The notes under the pieces were generated by a model. That model was not told where the DNA came from and searched no databases. It saw only the letters and a program-made list of their open reading frames with translations. This document shows, piece by piece, positions 29,742 to 39,457 of a DNA stretch of 64,000 nt. Location of the stretch: positions 544,001-608,000 of the forward strand of contig OZ220733.1 in NCBI GenBank assembly GCA_965116875.1. The letters run 5' to 3'. Origin of the DNA: Candidatus Latescibacterota bacterium. GTDB lineage: Bacteria > Latescibacterota > UBA2968 > GCA-2709665. Numbering within the stretch: position 1 is the first letter of the stretch; each line of letters opens with the position of its first letter. A program made the translations under genes and the position numbers.

Positions 29742-29989
29742 GAATCCGAGATCGCAATGGCGTCAAGTGAATCTCTGGCGATACAGGCGTGCGCATAGGC
29801 GGCACAAGCGCGAATGTCATCCGGTTCCAGTTCGGGGTAGTCCTCCAGGATGGCATCAGTCGACACGCCCTTTGCCAGCAGGCTGAGAACAATCTCGACC
29901 GAGATTCTCATATCGCGAATAATAGGTTTTCCACCAAAAACGTCAGGACGAGCAGTAATTCGGCCAAGCAGTTCAGTATTGCCGGTCAT
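29738..29989 (-). CDS. DUF433 antitoxin
   Basis: RITARPDVFGGKPIIRDMRISV, ILEDYPELEPDDIRAC; overlaps the DUF5615 start. Confidence 0.92.
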   Translation of the reverse strand: MTGNTELLGRITARPDVFGGKPIIRDMRISVEIVLSLLAKGVSTDAILEDYPELEPDDIRACAAYAHACIARDSLDAIAISDS

Positions 29990-30114
29990 GTCACCTCCGA
30001 TGATTGAACGGGAAAGCGGCCTGCGCCTACCGCTCCGGAATATAACACACACATACCAAAAAAAAAAGTCCGAGCGGCCATGAATCTTCCTGTCCAAGCC
30101 TCGATCGAACCCAT

Positions 30115-30160
30115 AAAAAAGCTGGCCTGTCCAACTCCTGACAGGCCCGCGCCACGTCTG
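30115..30160 (-). terminator. Intrinsic terminator after czcA
   Basis: Minus strand GGCCTGTC-loop-GACAGGCC followed by a T6 tract. Confidence 0.7.
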
Positions 30161-30173
30161 TTTCCGGGGAGGT

Positions 30174-33100
30174 TTAGCTGGTGTGCTTCTGCTCGACGCG
30201 TTTTTCCATCCACTCGTAGATGACCGGCAGGAGAACCAGGGTCAACAGGGTCGAAGTGATGAGGCCGCCTACCACGACGGAGGCGAGCGGACGCTGCGTC
30301 TCGGCGCCCACACCCGAAGACAGCAACATCGGCATCAGACCCAGGATGGACGTACTCGCGGTCATCAGGACGGGTCGCAGGCGAAGCGCGGCTCCCTGCC
30401 GCACCGCTTCTTCCACGGAATGTCCCTGCTGCCTGAGTTCGTTGATGAAGCTGACGAGAACGATGCCGTTCAGCATCGCCACGCCGAAAACGGCAATGAA
30501 TCCGATGGCCGATGGCACCGACACGTACTGCCCGCTGATGAAGAGCGCGATCAACCCCCCAATGGTGGCAAAGGGCACGTTTGCGATAATCAACGTGGCG
30601 AATTTCACCGAGTTAAAGGCAGTGTACAACAACACGAAAATGAAGAAGATCGTGAGCGGGACGATAACCGACAGTCGCGCCAGCGCGCGCTGCTGATTCT
30701 CGAAGGCGCCACCCCATTCGATCCAGTAGCCCGGCGGCAGGTCGACGTGACTTTCAATGGCCGCGTTCGCGTCCCGGACAAACCCGTCGATATCGCGGCC
30801 CCGGACGTCCATCTGGATCACCGCATAGCGGTACAGCTGCTCCCGGCGCACGAACGAATATCCCTGCGCCACGCTCACGTCGGTGACTTCCGAAAGGGGA
30901 ATGATAGCGCCGGTGGGCGTCTTGAGCGGGATGCGCTCGATCGCCTGCACGGAGGACTTGGACGCGTCGTCCAGGCGTGCGGTGATGTCGAACCGCCGGA
31001 CGCCGTCGATCAGGGTGGAGACCGGTTCGTTGCCGATACCCGTCCGCACAACCGACAACACGTCGTCGGCATTCAGACCGAAGCGCGCAAGGCGGTCTCT
31101 CCTGACCTGGATGCGAATCTGCGGCTTGCCGACATTGGCCTCGAGCGACAGGTCGGCCACGCCGTCGACAGAGGCGATGACGTCCATGACCCGGGCGCTC
31201 AACCGGTCGAGTTCCGACAGGTCCTCACCGTAGATCTTCGCGGCCAGCGTCGCGCGAACGCCGGATATGAGCTCCTCCACGCGCATCTGGATCGGCTGCG
31301 TGAACGCCACGACAGCCGTGGGTACCACGAGTTCCAGTTTCTCCCGCATCGCGACGGCGAGTTCCCCGATGTCCCTGTCGCCCGGCCACTCATCCTCGGG
31401 TTTGAGTTCGGTGTAGATCTCCATGTAGTTCACGTCGGCCGTCTCACCCTTCTCGGCGCGACCGATCATCGCGACGGTTGTCCTGACTTCGGGAAATCCA
31501 GACAGGGCGTTTTCGATGTCCTTGGAAATTGCAATCGATTGCTCGAGCGACGCGGAGGGGATGGACGTGACGCGCCACATGATCGAGCCCTCCTGCAACT
31601 GGGGCATGAACTCCCTGCCGAGCATGGGAAAGAGCGCGAGACTTGCCGCCAACAGCCCCACGGCGACACGGACCACGACCTTCTTGTTCGCGAGGGCGCC
31701 GGACAGGAGCGGGATATACCACGCCCTGACCGCGCGTACGAGCCACGTATCGCGCTGCTCCTTCGGCTTGAGGATCAGCGCGGCCAATACAGGAATCAGC
31801 GTAAGCGTCAGCACGAGCGAACCGGCCATCGCGAAGCTGATATTGAATGCCATGGGCTTGAACAGTTTTCCTTCAAGTCCCTCGAGCGCAAACAGCGGCA
31901 GAAACACCACAATGATGATAATGATGGCGAAAGCGATCGGATTCGCCACGCTTCGCGCGGCGGCCAGCACGGCGCGGGAACGATCGACGGTCTGACCGGC
32001 TTCCTTCTGCTCCGCCATGATGCGAAAGGCGTTTTCGACCACAACCACGGCGCCGTCGACGATCATGCCGATCCCAACCGCGAGGCCGGCCAGCGACATC
32101 AGGTTCGAAGAAAGTCCCGCCTGGCCCATGAAGATGAAGGCGACCAGCATCGCAAGCGGTATGGACGCGATGACAACGATTGCCGACCGGAGTTCGCCGA
32201 GAAAGAGAAACAACACGATGGCCACCACAACGGCGCCCTGCACAAGCGCGTTTCTCGCCGTGCTCACCGATCGCTCCACCAGGTCGGTGCGTTCGTAGAC
32301 GGGGCGCAGGATAACGCCGTCCGGAAGCAACCTGTCGACGATTTCAACCTTCTTTTTTACGGCATCGACCACGTTAGCAGCGTTTTCGCCGATGCGCGAC
32401 AGGGCCATTCCAAGTACGACTTCCTTTCCGTCGCGGGTCACGGCGCCGAAACGCAGGGCGCCGCCCTGTACAATGTCCGCGACGTCGCGCAGGTAGACCG
32501 GCGTGCCGTCCTCCACCTTGAGGACCATTGCGCCGATGTCCTCTTCGTCCGCCACCAGGCCCAATCCGCGCACGAGAAACTGCTCTGCGCCGAGGTTGAC
32601 GTATTGACCGCCCACCTGCCGGTTGTTGGCCTCGATCACTTCGATCACATCGGTGAAGGTGAGGTCGTATTCGATGAGACTCAACGGATCCATCACCACC
32701 TGGTACTGGCGCTCCTGGCCACCCCAGGAAATCACGTCGTCCACGCCTGGCGCCGTGCGCAAAATCAGGCGGACGCTCCAGTCGTGGAGCGTCCGCAGAT
32801 CCATGTCCGAGACGTCGGCGTTGAGCTTTTCATCCGCCCGCTCGAGCGTGTACCAGAACACCTGGCCCAGGCCGGAGGAATTCGGCCCCATTTCCGGCGT
32901 GCCGTACCCTTTGGGAATCCGGTCTCCGACTTCCTGGAGGCGTTCCATCACGAGGCGGCGAGCGAAGTAGATGTCCATGTCGTCTTCGAAATACACCGCC
33001 ACGTACGACAGACCGAACAGGCTGACCGAGCGGATCTGTTGTACCCTCGGCAAGCCCGCCATTCCGGATTCGATGGGAAAGGTGAGAAGCTGTTCGACGT

Positions 33101-33278
33101 CTTCCGCGGCCAGACCCGGCGATTCGGTGTAGATGTTGACCTGGGCGGGTGTCACGTCGGGGAACGCGTCGATCGGGACGGTTACATATGCGCGCCATCC
33201 CAGAAAGGCGACCACCGCGAAGGCGATGAGGACGAGGACTTTGTAGCGCACCGAGGTTTCAACCAGTTTTTCCAGCAC
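30174..33278 (-). CDS. czcA: CusA/CzcA heavy-metal efflux RND transporter
   Basis: PIDAFPDVT, GMIVDGAVVVVEN, RLRPVLMTA, QRPLA; 1034 aa. Confidence 0.93.
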   Translation of the reverse strand: MLEKLVETSVRYKVLVLIAFAVVAFLGWRAYVTVPIDAFPDVTPAQVNIYTESPGLAAEDVEQLLTFPIESGMAGLPRVQQIRSVSLFGLSYVAVYFEDDMDIYFARRLVMERLQEVGDRIPKGYGTPEMGPNSSGLGQVFWYTLERADEKLNADVSDMDLRTLHDWSVRLILRTAPGVDDVISWGGQERQYQVVMDPLSLIEYDLTFTDVIEVIEANNRQVGGQYVNLGAEQFLVRGLGLVADEEDIGAMVLKVEDGTPVYLRDVADIVQGGALRFGAVTRDGKEVVLGMALSRIGENAANVVDAVKKKVEIVDRLLPDGVILRPVYERTDLVERSVSTARNALVQGAVVVAIVLFLFLGELRSAIVVIASIPLAMLVAFIFMGQAGLSSNLMSLAGLAVGIGMIVDGAVVVVENAFRIMAEQKEAGQTVDRSRAVLAAARSVANPIAFAIIIIIVVFLPLFALEGLEGKLFKPMAFNISFAMAGSLVLTLTLIPVLAALILKPKEQRDTWLVRAVRAWYIPLLSGALANKKVVVRVAVGLLAASLALFPMLGREFMPQLQEGSIMWRVTSIPSASLEQSIAISKDIENALSGFPEVRTTVAMIGRAEKGETADVNYMEIYTELKPEDEWPGDRDIGELAVAMREKLELVVPTAVVAFTQPIQMRVEELISGVRATLAAKIYGEDLSELDRLSARVMDVIASVDGVADLSLEANVGKPQIRIQVRRDRLARFGLNADDVLSVVRTGIGNEPVSTLIDGVRRFDITARLDDASKSSVQAIERIPLKTPTGAIIPLSEVTDVSVAQGYSFVRREQLYRYAVIQMDVRGRDIDGFVRDANAAIESHVDLPPGYWIEWGGAFENQQRALARLSVIVPLTIFFIFVLLYTAFNSVKFATLIIANVPFATIGGLIALFISGQYVSVPSAIGFIAVFGVAMLNGIVLVSFINELRQQGHSVEEAVRQGAALRLRPVLMTASTSILGLMPMLLSSGVGAETQRPLASVVVGGLITSTLLTLVLLPVIYEWMEKRVEQKHTS

Positions 33279-33287
33279 CCTGTTCCC

Positions 33288-34409
33288 CTAGTGCGCGTGG
33301 CCGCCGCCCAGCGAGGACTTGAGCATCAGCGACTTGAGATGAAATATGCCCGCAACCGCAATCACGTCCCCCTCACGAAGCCCGGCCGAGACAGCCGTCC
33401 AGTCGCCCACGGTGGGACCTGTCGCAATGGATTCCGCGTGAAACTCGTGACCGTTTTCAACCTTGAACACGGTCGGTTCGTTACCGATCATTGTCACCGC
33501 GGCGTTGGGCACAGCCAAAACCGTATCCCCGCTTCCGGTTACGATCTCAACCTCGACGAACTGCCTCTCGTGCAGCTGGTCGTCCGCGTTGTCCACTTCA
33601 ATTCGGACGCCGTGGGTGCGGGTGGTCTCGTCCACGCGGTGGTAGCGTTGAACAACCTTGCCGTCAATCCAGTTCACGCCATCGGGAGTGACCCGGGCGG
33701 GCATGCCCGTGTGGATATCGGGCACGCCTACGGCGATCGGACGGGCCTCCACCCACATCACGGATTCGTCACTGATGTCGAACAGCACGCGTCCGGGTTC
33801 GATCAATTCGCCCACGATGAAATTGTCCTGCAAAACGGTCCCCTCCCGCGGGGCCAGCAGATCGAACACGCCGCTGGCCCTGTCCGCGTCGGCGGTGTTC
33901 ATCAGCGCATCCGCCTGCGCCTCGGTCATGCCGTAGGCCAGTACTCTGGCCAGCGCCAGCTGGCGGGCTACCCTCGCCTCGGTAAAACGTCGCTCCGATA
34001 CGGATTCCGGACCGAGGCTCCTGGAACGCTCCCACTCCCGGTTGGCAACGATCAATTCAGCCTGCGCCTCCGCCATGGCTACGCTGGACAGCGTCACCAT
34101 CCGCTGGCCGGCGATGACCGATTCACCGAGGATAACGTGGCGGGCCACGACCTGAGCCGTAATGCGGGGCGTAACCCGGGCGGACCTGTACATATTGATC
34201 TCCACGTTTCCGGGCACGCGAACGGTCTCGCCCAACGCCCTCGGTGCAACGCGGTCAACGGCAACGCCGGCGGCACGTTGCTCCTCGGCGGTCAGTTCGA
34301 CGGTTCCGGACGCTTCGCCCTGCGGCGTCCCGTGGCCGGCTTCCTCCGCAAAGACAGGGGCAGCGATCGCCAGGTTTACGCACAATGCAACGGATGTCCC
34401 GGTATTCAT
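33288..34409 (-). CDS. czcB: RND periplasmic adaptor (CzcB-like)
   Basis: MFP hairpin, VDETTRT, LAVPNAAV, C-terminal GGGHAH. Confidence 0.88.
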   Translation of the reverse strand: MNTGTSVALCVNLAIAAPVFAEEAGHGTPQGEASGTVELTAEEQRAAGVAVDRVAPRALGETVRVPGNVEINMYRSARVTPRITAQVVARHVILGESVIAGQRMVTLSSVAMAEAQAELIVANREWERSRSLGPESVSERRFTEARVARQLALARVLAYGMTEAQADALMNTADADRASGVFDLLAPREGTVLQDNFIVGELIEPGRVLFDISDESVMWVEARPIAVGVPDIHTGMPARVTPDGVNWIDGKVVQRYHRVDETTRTHGVRIEVDNADDQLHERQFVEVEIVTGSGDTVLAVPNAAVTMIGNEPTVFKVENGHEFHAESIATGPTVGDWTAVSAGLREGDVIAVAGIFHLKSLMLKSSLGGGHAH

Positions 34410-34446
34410 TGGTGTTTCTCCATCTCCATTGGCCGGATACGGCGAT

Positions 34447-35706
34447 TCAACGGTCCGCGCCGAAACCGATCCAGGCGTCCACCTGTCCCGAAGCCGACAA
34501 CCACTCCAGCCACGCCCTCCACAGCGTTTCCCGCAGGACGAGCGCGCTTTCCCGGAGATCCAGCGTCTGACCGGCGTGGACAAGATAATCCGTGGTGCCA
34601 ATGTCGCCGGCCTTCCACAACCTGCGCAGTTGTTCCTGTTGACGCGCGAGGCTCGCCTGTCCTGTCTTCCGCCAGTCATCCCACGCGGTCCGCGCCAGCT
34701 GGTAGCGCTCCATTGCGCTGATCAGCCGGGCACGGGCGCGCCGCGACACGTCTTCCCGGGCATGCTGCGCCGCGCGGTGTTCTGCCGCGGCCGCCTCCAC
34801 TTCGTCACCGAACCGATTGAGCAGCGGCAGCGGGATCGACAATTCCAAAACCGTGAGCCGGTCGCCTGCCTCGCTGCCACCCCCCACGCTCAGCGTGGGA
34901 TCGGGCCGCCGCTCGCTGCGTCGAAGCTCAACGAGGGCCTCGGCGGCATCCGCCCGGCGCGTCGCGGCGAGGACTTCCGGGAGCGCTCGGACCAGAGACT
35001 GAACGTTGGCGCCATCGGGCAGGTCCGGCAGAGAGGACGGGAGCGCAGGCCACTGTGTCGCCGGCAGGTCCGGGACGAGAACGCGGACCGCCTGTCTTGC
35101 TCCGGCAAGTGAAGCTGCGGTGGCTGCTCTCCGGATTCGCGCTTCCACGGAAGCCAGCCGCGCCAGATCGAGTTCCACCTGGTTCACGTCTCCCGTCTCG
35201 AATCTGCGTTGCGCGAGCTCTGCGAATTCGTGCATTAACTCCTGGCGTCGCGCGGCCAGACTGTCGCGCTCGACGTCCGTCCGGTGGGCGGCCAGGCCGT
35301 TCAGCAGGTCAACCGCCACACCGCGGCGTACAAGGGTGACCGCCGCCTCGGCAAGCCGACGCTCCGATTCCGCCAGCGCGCTTCGGGCCCTGCCCTTACC
35401 GCCCCAATCGACCGTATATCCGATGCCGAGCCAGTAGCGGGTTTCGTGCGTTCTCTCGAAGTCTGCATTGATCTCCGGGTTGTACAGCGGTCGGGCTGCG
35501 GCGTCTCGATCGCTTCGTCTCGCCTCGAGCGCGGCTCGAGCCGCCTTAACGCCGGGATTGGAGTTGGCAGCCGACTGCACGAACCGCTGGAGCCCATGGT
35601 CGGCCGGCGCAATGCCCGCACCGCCTTCCCCGGCAGCCCGGACAACGTAAGGCGTGGACACGACCATGCACAGGGACAGGATGAACCCCCACGATGATAT
35701 TCGCAT
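34447..35706 (-). CDS. czcC: TolC-family outer membrane protein (CzcC-like)
   Basis: Signal peptide, ANSNP, LYNPEI, LSIPLPLLNR; first gene of the CBA operon. Confidence 0.85.
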   Translation of the reverse strand: MRISSWGFILSLCMVVSTPYVVRAAGEGGAGIAPADHGLQRFVQSAANSNPGVKAARAALEARRSDRDAAARPLYNPEINADFERTHETRYWLGIGYTVDWGGKGRARSALAESERRLAEAAVTLVRRGVAVDLLNGLAAHRTDVERDSLAARRQELMHEFAELAQRRFETGDVNQVELDLARLASVEARIRRAATAASLAGARQAVRVLVPDLPATQWPALPSSLPDLPDGANVQSLVRALPEVLAATRRADAAEALVELRRSERRPDPTLSVGGGSEAGDRLTVLELSIPLPLLNRFGDEVEAAAAEHRAAQHAREDVSRRARARLISAMERYQLARTAWDDWRKTGQASLARQQEQLRRLWKAGDIGTTDYLVHAGQTLDLRESALVLRETLWRAWLEWLSASGQVDAWIGFGADR

Positions 35707-35815
35707 TGACACGCCTCCGAATTCAGGTTGCCGCCACGCGCCCAAACCGGGTCGTTGTTCGTGTTTCTGAATCTGTCAAATGCGACTCCGTCGCGCGCGT
35801 GATTCGCCTAAAACG

Positions 35816-35845
35816 ACACCGGGACGATTGAAATCGTCCCGATGT
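35816..35845. repeat. Palindrome (REP-like or terminator) between the porin gene and czcC
   Basis: CGGGACGAT-tgaa-ATCGTCCCG. Confidence 0.55.
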
Positions 35846-35927
35846 TGACACAGCGATATGGACAAGAACCGCACTTTATGCGATCCCGATGTCAGTGTGG
35901 ATCCTGCAACAGGCCACCCCGGTTCCG

Positions 35928-36683
35928 CTAGAGTGCGAAACCGAGACTGACCCCGCCCCAGACCCTGTTTTGCTCGTCTTTGGTCCGATGGAAATCGAAA
36001 TCCATGGCCTCCAGTTCTTCGGTCCGGCGTATGAAACCGATGACGGGCGACAACGAGAAGTAGCTATGGCTGACACCAAGCGAAACCGACGCGCCGACGT
36101 GGTTGAATTCGAATTTGCCGGTGGTGTCGCTGTACCCGATATCGGCGGAAACGCCCAGTGTGACGTTCCCCTCCGGGGTTAGTTGAACTTCATGACCGAT
36201 GCTGCCATTGACATACCAGTAATCGAACTGGCCCATGTCGCGATAGAGCGTTACTGACGGGGAGCCGGTAATATCCAGACTCGCGCCCGCAAAAAACTCG
36301 GTGGTAAGTCTGTCGCCCTTCTCCAGGCTTGGAAACGTGTATTGGATCATCCCGACGGTCAGCCCCACGTTTTCGTACTGTTCTCCCAGATTGCGGTCGT
36401 ACGTAACCGTGAAGTCGAGTTCATCGCCTGCCTCCTGAATGCTCCTATGCTTTAATGCCCAGGAACCCCAGACGTTGAACGAGAAACCGGAATCGCCGAA
36501 GCCCAGGGTAAGAGAGGGTTGCGCGGAAGGCTTGTCCGTAAAGGCCACGCCGCGGAAAACGTAGTGCGTGACAAGATCCATGCTGCCCTCAACGGAAATA
36601 TTCTCTATCTGGGCGAATGCGGGACCGGCGAGCAGGCTGAGAGTAACGACGAGAACGAGCGTGCGAGTGTGCATGGTCTTCAT
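35928..36683 (-). CDS. Outer-membrane beta-barrel, TorF/Gcw_chp-like putative porin
   Basis: Signal peptide, YVFRG, P..Q, VWGS, ELD, Y.FP. Confidence 0.75.
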   Translation of the reverse strand: MKTMHTRTLVLVVTLSLLAGPAFAQIENISVEGSMDLVTHYVFRGVAFTDKPSAQPSLTLGFGDSGFSFNVWGSWALKHRSIQEAGDELDFTVTYDRNLGEQYENVGLTVGMIQYTFPSLEKGDRLTTEFFAGASLDITGSPSVTLYRDMGQFDYWYVNGSIGHEVQLTPEGNVTLGVSADIGYSDTTGKFEFNHVGASVSLGVSHSYFSLSPVIGFIRRTEELEAMDFDFHRTKDEQNRVWGGVSLGFAL

Positions 36684-36953
36684 TCCTCCAATTTTATTGG
36701 GTGATCTCCCCGACGGATCACGACGGAAGTTGATGTTACTTTAGAGGCGTCGTGTCGGGGAAAGATCCTGGGGAAGATTAGCGGGTTTGGATCTGCAATA
36801 TGCACGATGCCGATCGGTTACCTGGATCGGATTCAATACGAATGGTTCTTTCGAACACCAAAACGTCTAATCTTAGGGTCGCGCCGGTTCAATGTCAAGT
36901 TGAATTTTCGCAAGGCGGGGCGTGGTGAGGGGCAGGCCGCCTCGAAACAAGGT

Positions 36954-39146
36954 CTACCTCACGAACAGCATGTCGCGGTACGTCGGCAGCGGCCACAGAT
37001 CGTCCGGAATCACTTTCTCCAACCCGTCCGCCACCTCGCGCACCGCGTTCATCGCAGGGATCACGTTGTCCCGCATGTGGACCACCTTGGACGACATCTC
37101 GTCTCCGCCGAGTTCTTCATTCTGCGCGTCCAGTTCGTCCAGCGCTTCGCTCAATTCATCGATCAAGCCTGAAACCCGCGTGATGTTGCTATCGAGACCC
37201 TTTGTGGATCCGCCCGCCTTCTTCGTCCCGTTCCACGCCGACGTGAGCTGCGTCAGGTAGGCGACCGCAGCAGGCATGATCATGCAGCGGGCCATGTGCG
37301 CCGCGGTTTCGCCTTCGATGTTGATCTTGATGAAGTACTGCTCGGTGAGTACCTCCAGCCTGGCCCCCAGTTCGCGCGGCGTCATGACGCCGTATTTGTC
37401 GAAGAGCTCCTCGTTTCCGGGTGAGGCGAGCGCTGCCAGCGCATCGACCGCCGAGCCCGAATTGAACAGCCCGCGGCGCGCGGCCTCCTCGACCCACTCG
37501 GCGGCGTAGTTATCTCCGTTGAAGATGATCCGCTTGAAGGACGGGATCTCGTTGGCCAACAGCGTCCAGAGCGCATCCTCGACGGACGTGCCCGCGTCGA
37601 CGATCGGCTCCAGCAACTCCGTCCAATTGTCGATCGCCTCCGCCACGATCGTATTGAGGACGGTTGCCGACAGCGAAATATTCGCCGACGAGCCGACCGC
37701 ACGGAACTCGAACTTGTTCCCGGTAAAGGCGAATGGAGACGTGCGGTTGCGGTCTCCGGAATGGCGCGCAAGGTCAGGGAGCACATTGACTCCCAGGCCG
37801 AGGAGCCCATCGTGTTCCCGCTTCTCCGCCTTTCCGGACTCCTCGAGCTGGTTGAAGATGTCTTCAAGCTGACTGCCCAGGAATACCGAGATGATGGACG
37901 GCGGGGCTTCATTGGCGCCCAGGCGGTGATCGTTTCCGGCGCTGGAGACGCTGGCCAGAAGCAGGTCCTGGTGCTGCTCGACAGCGCTCATCACCGCGGT
38001 ACAGAAGAACAGAAACATCAGATTCTCGTGCGGCGTGTCGCCAGGATCCATCAGGTTACGTTCCGAAGTGCCGAAGGACCAGTTCAGGTGCTTCCCGCTG
38101 CCGTTGATGCCTGCGAAGGGTTTCTCATGCAGGAGGCAGATGAATCCATAGCCGCGCGCGTTTCGTTCGAGGATCCGCATCATCAGTTGCTGATGGTCCG
38201 ACGCCACGTTTGCGTTCTCGTAGACCGGCGCCATCTCGTATTGCCCCGGCGCCACCTCGTTATGGCGCGTCTTCATCGGCACGCCAAGCCGGTACAGGTC
38301 CATCTCGATGGACTGGATGCACGCCAGCACTCGCTCGTGGATCTGTCCGAAATAATGGTCGTCGAGTTCCTGACCCCTTGGCGGCTTTGCCCCGAAGAGC
38401 GTACGGCCCGCGGTCATAAGGTCGGGTCTGCGGTAGTAGAACTCGCGATCGACGAGAAAGAACTCCTGCTCCGGACCAAGGCTGGCGGTTACCATCCCTG
38501 CATCGATACCAAAGAGCTTGAGCGCTCGTCGCGTGACCCGGTCGAGTGCGTCCATCGACCGCAGCAGCGGGATCTTGGCATCGAGACTCTCTCCAGTCCA
38601 ACTGGAAAAGGCAGTGGGTATGCACAGGTACGTCGCCGACTCGCCGCCCATGATGAAGGCGGGAGAAGTCGGATCCCAGGCCGTGTAGCCGCGCGCCTCG
38701 AAGGTGGCCCGCAAACCACCCGACGGGAACGACGACGCGTCCGGCTCGCCCTGAACCAGTTCCTCCCCTCCGAACTCGGTGATGGCGCGGGCATCGGCGC
38801 CCACCTTCAGGAAGGAGTCGTGCTTCTCGGCCGTGTGCCCCGTGAGCGGCTGGAACCAGTGTGTGTAGTGGGTCGCACCCATCGAAAGCGCCCAGTCTTT
38901 CATCGCCGCAGCCACAGTGTCCGCGATATCGGAATCGAGTTGCTTCCCGTGGTGAATCGTCCGAACGAGTTGACTGTATACGTTTTCCGGAAGCCTGGAC
39001 TGCATTTCGCGCAGTCCGAAAGTGTCTTTTCCGAAGATGTCAGGCAGGAGGTCGCGGTCGCCCGATCGGGACTCCGGCTTACGGTTCCAGGTTTTGGCGG
39101 CACTGACGGAATCGAAACGTCTTTGGATCCTCATTGTGCGGGTCAT
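36954..39146 (-). CDS. glnN: Glutamine synthetase type III
   Basis: HWFQPLTG.TAEKHD, EPDASSFPSGGLRATFEARGYTAWD, HNEVAP, NGSGKH, RLGANEAPP, DRNRTSPFAFTGNKFEFR. Confidence 0.96.
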   Translation of the reverse strand: MTRTMRIQRRFDSVSAAKTWNRKPESRSGDRDLLPDIFGKDTFGLREMQSRLPENVYSQLVRTIHHGKQLDSDIADTVAAAMKDWALSMGATHYTHWFQPLTGHTAEKHDSFLKVGADARAITEFGGEELVQGEPDASSFPSGGLRATFEARGYTAWDPTSPAFIMGGESATYLCIPTAFSSWTGESLDAKIPLLRSMDALDRVTRRALKLFGIDAGMVTASLGPEQEFFLVDREFYYRRPDLMTAGRTLFGAKPPRGQELDDHYFGQIHERVLACIQSIEMDLYRLGVPMKTRHNEVAPGQYEMAPVYENANVASDHQQLMMRILERNARGYGFICLLHEKPFAGINGSGKHLNWSFGTSERNLMDPGDTPHENLMFLFFCTAVMSAVEQHQDLLLASVSSAGNDHRLGANEAPPSIISVFLGSQLEDIFNQLEESGKAEKREHDGLLGLGVNVLPDLARHSGDRNRTSPFAFTGNKFEFRAVGSSANISLSATVLNTIVAEAIDNWTELLEPIVDAGTSVEDALWTLLANEIPSFKRIIFNGDNYAAEWVEEAARRGLFNSGSAVDALAALASPGNEELFDKYGVMTPRELGARLEVLTEQYFIKINIEGETAAHMARCMIMPAAVAYLTQLTSAWNGTKKAGGSTKGLDSNITRVSGLIDELSEALDELDAQNEELGGDEMSSKVVHMRDNVIPAMNAVREVADGLEKVIPDDLWPLPTYRDMLFVR

Positions 39147-39457
39147 CCTTTTGAAATGGTGAGTGCGCGCATGACGACACCAGCCCGGTCAGCGCGGCGC
39201 GTGTATAGTACCCTGACGATACGATCGGAATCGTCTGTAATGCTCTTTAGATACAAAAAAGAAACCAATTATCAAGTGTAATTCCAGTCAATCGACAACA
39301 TGTCCGGATTATGGCCCGTGCGTTCTGAATGCAAACGAGGCGGTTCACACGTGCTGCGCGACGGAATCGTATAAAGTCTGGTCGGTCACGGCATCAAAAA
39401 CCGCGAAGTTCCGGTACAATTTCGTTCCCTTCCACCGTTTCCCGATCGGGCAGTCGC

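Noticed and set aside
30183-34721. 1512-aa plus-strand ORF, and other long antisense ORFs (e.g. 7713-9641, 37761-39281, 56448-58037)
   Set aside because: Shadow frames opposite well-supported genes in GC-rich DNA; no recognisable motifs.
36780-36830. Sigma54 promoter upstream of the porin
   Set aside because: GG and TTGC are present, but not at the required GG-N10-GC spacing.
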